Of a stretch of DNA of 40,763 nt, positions 36,732 to 40,763 are shown one piece after another. The DNA comes from Candidatus Nanopelagicales bacterium (lineage in GTDB: Bacteria; Actinomycetota; Actinomycetes; S36-B12), in NCBI GenBank assembly GCA_044233495.1, contig JBIIJX010000003.1, positions 1 through 40,763 of the forward strand, in the 5' to 3' direction. The notes under the pieces are model-generated. The model did not search any database. It was not told where the DNA came from and was given only the letters and a program-made list of their open reading frames with translations. Within the stretch, counting starts at the first letter, position 1; every line of letters starts with the position of its first letter. The position numbers were made by a program, and so were the translations under genes.

Positions 36732-37331
36732 GTGGAGGCGCGGCCGCTGTCGATCGAGGGGTCGTGGCTGTTCACGCCCGTTCTCCGACCCGATGATCGC
36801 GGGGTCTTCCTCGAGTCGTACAAGGCCTCCGTCATCGAGCCCGCCATCGGTCATGCGTTCTCGCTGCAGCAGATGAACATCAGCCAGTCCCGCCTCGGCA
36901 CCGTGCGCGGCATCCACTTCGCCGACGTGCCTCCCGGGCAGGCCAAGTACGTGCAGTGCTTCTCGGGCCGGATCCTCGACATCGTCGTCGACATCCGCAT
37001 GGGCTCACCCACCTTCGGCCAATGGGAGGCCGTCGAGCTCGATGACGAGTCGCGTCAGGGGCTGTACATCTCGGAGGGTCTCGGTCACGCCTTCTGCGCG
37101 CTGACCGACTCCGTCACCGTCGGCTACCTGTGCTCCGAGCCCTATGCGCCCACCCGCGAGCACGGCATCCACCCGCTGGACGCCCAGCTCGCCCTGCCAT
37201 GGCCGACCGACATGGAGATCCTTCTGTCACCGAAGGATGAGGCGGCTCCGACGCTCGCCGACGCCGTCGCGTCGGGTCTGCTGCCGATGTACGACTCCTG
37301 CCTCGCCTTCCGCGCTGCCCTGCCTCGCTGA
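36732..37331 (+). CDS. rmlC: dTDP-4-dehydrorhamnose 3,5-epimerase
   Basis: DDRGVFLE, RGIHF, GQAKYV, VDIRMGSPTFGQW, GLGHAF, LSPKD. Confidence 0.93.
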   Translation: MEARPLSIEGSWLFTPVLRPDDRGVFLESYKASVIEPAIGHAFSLQQMNISQSRLGTVRGIHFADVPPGQAKYVQCFSGRILDIVVDIRMGSPTFGQWEAVELDDESRQGLYISEGLGHAFCALTDSVTVGYLCSEPYAPTREHGIHPLDAQLALPWPTDMEILLSPKDEAAPTLADAVASGLLPMYDSCLAFRAALPR

Positions 37332-37335
37332 TCGA

Positions 37336-39279
37336 TCAGCTCGTGCACTCCGGGCAGAGCAGGTTCGACGGCATGGGCACCTGCACCGGCGTGATGCGTT
37401 CGTCGCCGCGCTCCTGCACCCATGCGCGCATGAGCTCCCCGGTGGAGGGACGGAACCACAGCGCGACGATGTCCATGTCGGGGTTGAGCTGCAGTGCGAG
37501 GTCGACGTAGCCGGTGTCGTCCTCCTCGTACGGGAAGGGCGGCAGGTCGCGGTAGAAACGCTGCTGCGTCTTGCTCATCACCCCGTGCAGGGTCGCGACC
37601 CACAGATTCGGCAGGGTGCCGGCCCCGTCCCAGATCAAGGTGGTGTCGTCTGGATAGTCGACGGCCGCCTGCTGCGCGCGGATGATGGACTCCCCGATCA
37701 GCGGGTCTTCGATCCCCTTCATGCGCTCGACACCAGCCTGCACACCCGGGGCAGCACGGAATCCCTCGGAGAACTGGGTGGAGGCTCCTACGTAGCCGAG
37801 CAGGCCGAGGACGATCGCACCACCCAGCGCGACACTGATGCCGGACGTCGCGCGGGATGTGCCCTGGAGTGCACGGGTCAGCGCGACGGCGAGCAGTGCT
37901 GCGATCACGGGTGCGATGGCAAGCAGCATGGCGTCCAGCGGCTTGAGCACGTAGTAGGCCTGCAGGCGCGAGACCTCTGCCGCGTCCGCTCCGCCGACGA
38001 AGATGAGCGCGACGATGCCCGGTCCGGCGACCGGTCCGGCGATCGCGACAGCGAGAGGCCACCGGCCACTGCGGATGAGCAGGATCATGGTGAGGGCGGC
38101 GATGACGGGCGAGGCGAGCGCGAGCCCGATGTTGAACGGCACCATGCCGGTGCCGACTGCGCCGAGGTTCGCGGTGAAGTCTCCCGTGCTCTGCCCGGGC
38201 TCCACGCCGAGGATCGCGCTGGCCTGCGTGAGCGCCATGAACGCGGCGAGCGCAGCGGAGCCGACCAGCCACGCAACCCCGAGCGGCCAGCGATACCGCA
38301 TGAGCGCGTAGGCCACCACGACCGCCGACGGCAGCAGCCCGAGAGCGAGCGGCGTCCACAGTCCGATGGCCGCGAGCCCGGCGAGTGGCACCAGGAACCA
38401 GCCGAGGGTGCGCGCTGAGCGCAGGCTTCTGCCGCCCACGTAGGCCGCGACGATGACGACGGTCACGCCCATCAGGAAGTTCGTGAAGCCCGCGTTGTAG
38501 AGAAACGCCGGGCTGCCGAGCACGGCGAAGAGCGCGAACGCCCCGAAGGCGATCGGGCGTGTCCAGGAGGCACGATCGCGACCGCCGATGCGCGCAGCGA
38601 GATCGCCCGCCACCCACGCGAGGGCGACCAGGCACGCAGCGAACGACAGGGCGTTCCACTGCACGTACGGCCACAGCAGCTCCGGACGCGTGACGTCACC
38701 GGAGTCGACGACCTTCTCCAGCAGGGCCCAGAGAGTCGAGTGCAGGGACGGATACCACTGGTTCCACGCGACGGCACCGTCGACCGTCGGCCATGTCGTG
38801 CTCTGCGACGTGAACGTGTTGGCGAACGACGTGTAGTGCGCCTGGTTGTCCCATCCGCTGAAGAACAGGCTGCTGACCATCTCCACGCTCGACCGGCCGA
38901 CATAGGCGGCCATCAGCCACGCGGCACTGACAACGGCCAGGACGGCGGCCAGCCCGTCGGTGACCGACGGTCGCGGGATGCGCACTGCACGCAGGGAGGG
39001 CGCCAGGCGCAGGGCCATCAGCCCGATGAGGAGGAGACTGAACAGCACCTTCGCGCTCACGCTCGTGACCGGCACCGAGCCCGCGCGGGGGATCACGAGG
39101 GCGATGACGCCGAGCAGGACGACGCCGGAGATCACCGCACGCTCGGTGAGCGAGCGACCCCACGGCGGCAGGAGCACCATCATGACGGCGACGGCCACCA
39201 GGCCGACCGGTGGCACCACCCACAGCGCGAGGATCGTCGCGAGCGTGGCAGCCCCGAGAGCTCCGACGTACCTGCTCAT
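37336..39279 (-). CDS. Polytopic membrane protein, putative GT-C glycosyltransferase/ligase
   Basis: About 14 TM helices, loop motif GWDNQAHY...WYP, YYVLK; ATGA overlap with the upstream gene. Confidence 0.55.
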   Translation of the reverse strand: MSRYVGALGAATLATILALWVVPPVGLVAVAVMMVLLPPWGRSLTERAVISGVVLLGVIALVIPRAGSVPVTSVSAKVLFSLLLIGLMALRLAPSLRAVRIPRPSVTDGLAAVLAVVSAAWLMAAYVGRSSVEMVSSLFFSGWDNQAHYTSFANTFTSQSTTWPTVDGAVAWNQWYPSLHSTLWALLEKVVDSGDVTRPELLWPYVQWNALSFAACLVALAWVAGDLAARIGGRDRASWTRPIAFGAFALFAVLGSPAFLYNAGFTNFLMGVTVVIVAAYVGGRSLRSARTLGWFLVPLAGLAAIGLWTPLALGLLPSAVVVAYALMRYRWPLGVAWLVGSAALAAFMALTQASAILGVEPGQSTGDFTANLGAVGTGMVPFNIGLALASPVIAALTMILLIRSGRWPLAVAIAGPVAGPGIVALIFVGGADAAEVSRLQAYYVLKPLDAMLLAIAPVIAALLAVALTRALQGTSRATSGISVALGGAIVLGLLGYVGASTQFSEGFRAAPGVQAGVERMKGIEDPLIGESIIRAQQAAVDYPDDTTLIWDGAGTLPNLWVATLHGVMSKTQQRFYRDLPPFPYEEDDTGYVDLALQLNPDMDIVALWFRPSTGELMRAWVQERGDERITPVQVPMPSNLLCPECTS

Positions 39280-40763
39280 CGGGTGAACCGCATCGTGACG
39301 TCGACGGGGGCGGTCTGCACGGCACTGACGGTAGCGGTCGACCCCTGCTGGATCTGGCCACCAGCCTCGATGGGTGTCCAGCCCGGCGGGGGCGTGACCG
39401 TGACCGACAGCGTCGACGGCACGAAGAGTGACTGGGGCTCGGCATGCAGGCGGTAGGTGAGCTCGCCGTCGACGACCGCGAACGTGCCCGCCGGCAGCGA
39501 GTAGCTGACCGACACCGCATTCGTGCCTCCCGGAGGCGTCCAGCCCACCATGCGGATCATGCGATGCCCGAACCCGTCGTCGACCCAGCCCCCACCCAGC
39601 TGCGGATGGTTCTTGAACGGTCGGACGGCGAATCCGCTCGGGTAGTCGGCGCGGAAGTCGGTGGCCGTATCGGGCACATAGAGGATGTAGGCGTTCTTCA
39701 GCCACGACGTCTCGTAGCCCACGCGCTCCGGCGGACCCTCCGGGCGATCCTGAGGTGTGGCGTTGGTCAGCGTGACCGTCTGCGTCACCCGCGCGGATCC
39801 GTCCTCGGCCATGGCGACGGTGACGAGCACATTGCGCTGCTGGAAGACGTCGACCTTGCTCTGATTGCCGTTCTGCGTGTAGACGGCGGACCAGTCACCG
39901 ACACCGGGATCGTTGACCTCCCCTGATGCGCCCGAGCGCGTCGACAGGCGCTGCAGCTCGGGGTTGCGCATCCACGCCTGGAAGTGCCGACCGGGTGCGG
40001 TAGAGGTGATCGCACTCGCGGCATTGACGAGGTCGTCGCCCCCGAGGAGCCGCTCGAGGAGAGTGTTCAGCAGGGCCTGGTTGGCGTTCTGCCTGTCGAG
40101 CGCGCCCTCCTGCCCGAACTCCTGATACGCGTCGATGAGCAGGATCTGCCCGAGCCGCTCGCCGTCGACCGTGCCGTAGACGTCCGACTCGATCGGGCCG
40201 GTCGCATCCAGCACCGCCGCGATCGCCGTCAGATCGAGGGTGATGACGCCGTCGACGCGCGGATAGTTGCCGCCCGTCCACGCCTCCGCCATCTCGCGTG
40301 CGGAGAACAGCAGGTTCGGATGCGTGTTCGTGACGACGAACGGAGCGTTGCGCGGATTCGTGGCGAAGAACGGGTTCGCGCCCGGCCCCCACCACAGCAC
40401 AGGTGCGTTCAGCGGCGGGAAGAGCTGGGTGCTCGTCGGACCCTTGATCGGAATGGAGATCCGACCTTCGTTGAACTCCACCATGATCAGTGTCAGCGGG
40501 GCACCGCCGGCGGCACGCATCTCGGCCTGGTTCCCGATGGCGATCAGGTAGCGGCGCGGCCCGTTGGCGCCGAGTGCATCGGGCAGCACCGGGGCGATGG
40601 TGCTGAGGGACTCCAGTGCCTCCTCGACGGGCCGCATCTCCTCGAGGGCTCTGTCGCGCACCTCGGCGAGGGCGGTCGAGGGCGCGGTGGTGGCCCGGAT
40701 GCCCGTCAGGTCCTCATGGGCGGCGGTGAGCTGCGCGTCCGTGGTCGCCACGCGATCAGGCAG
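39276..40763 (-). CDS. DUF4012 domain protein (5' end lies outside the window)
   Basis: LGANGPRRYL..NQAEMRAAGG, VDGVI, N.NQSKVD, YRLHAEPQ; typical of actinobacterial polysaccharide loci. Confidence 0.82.
   Translation of the reverse strand: MPDRVATTDAQLTAAHEDLTGIRATTAPSTALAEVRDRALEEMRPVEEALESLSTIAPVLPDALGANGPRRYLIAIGNQAEMRAAGGAPLTLIMVEFNEGRISIPIKGPTSTQLFPPLNAPVLWWGPGANPFFATNPRNAPFVVTNTHPNLLFSAREMAEAWTGGNYPRVDGVITLDLTAIAAVLDATGPIESDVYGTVDGERLGQILLIDAYQEFGQEGALDRQNANQALLNTLLERLLGGDDLVNAASAITSTAPGRHFQAWMRNPELQRLSTRSGASGEVNDPGVGDWSAVYTQNGNQSKVDVFQQRNVLVTVAMAEDGSARVTQTVTLTNATPQDRPEGPPERVGYETSWLKNAYILYVPDTATDFRADYPSGFAVRPFKNHPQLGGGWVDDGFGHRMIRMVGWTPPGGTNAVSVSYSLPAGTFAVVDGELTYRLHAEPQSLFVPSTLSVTVTPPPGWTPIEAGGQIQQGSTATVSAVQTAPVDVTMRFTR

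Noticed and set aside
18029-37331. Incomplete dTDP-rhamnose pathway (rmlA and rmlC only)
   Set aside because: The locus continues past the window edge and rml genes are often split in actinobacteria.

Overview
High-GC DNA, most likely from an actinobacterium (inferred from DUF4012, DUF2304, mycobacterial-type vapBC and many leaderless TANNNT promoters). Nearly the whole window is one surface-glycan biosynthesis locus. It holds nucleotide-sugar enzymes (gmd, a divergent gmd paralogue, rmlA, rmlC, pseB, UDP-glucuronate decarboxylase, a class-III aminotransferase, DUF4910) and a Wzm/Wzt ABC exporter with a C-terminal carbohydrate-binding domain. It also holds an FkbM-methyltransferase/GT4/GT4 fusion, about 12 other glycosyltransferases, a polyprenyl-phosphate GT2 + DUF2304 pair and three GT-C-like membrane proteins. 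Embedded non-glycan genes are two vapBC modules, a secreted Ig-like protein, a secreted beta-propeller and an AbiEi-HTH/DUF559-like nuclease. The most notable signal is a ~70-bp composite palindromic element (16-21-16-7-~11 geometry). It flanks the nuclease gene in inverted orientation and recurs as a solo copy 13 kb away, which suggests a REP/RAYT-like system built on a PD-(D/E)XK nuclease instead of a TnpA. No rRNA, tRNA, CRISPR array or canonical transposase was recognised. Many ORF-track starts were shortened using promoter, RBS and gene-overlap evidence. Family assignments come from motif recognition only; no searches were run.
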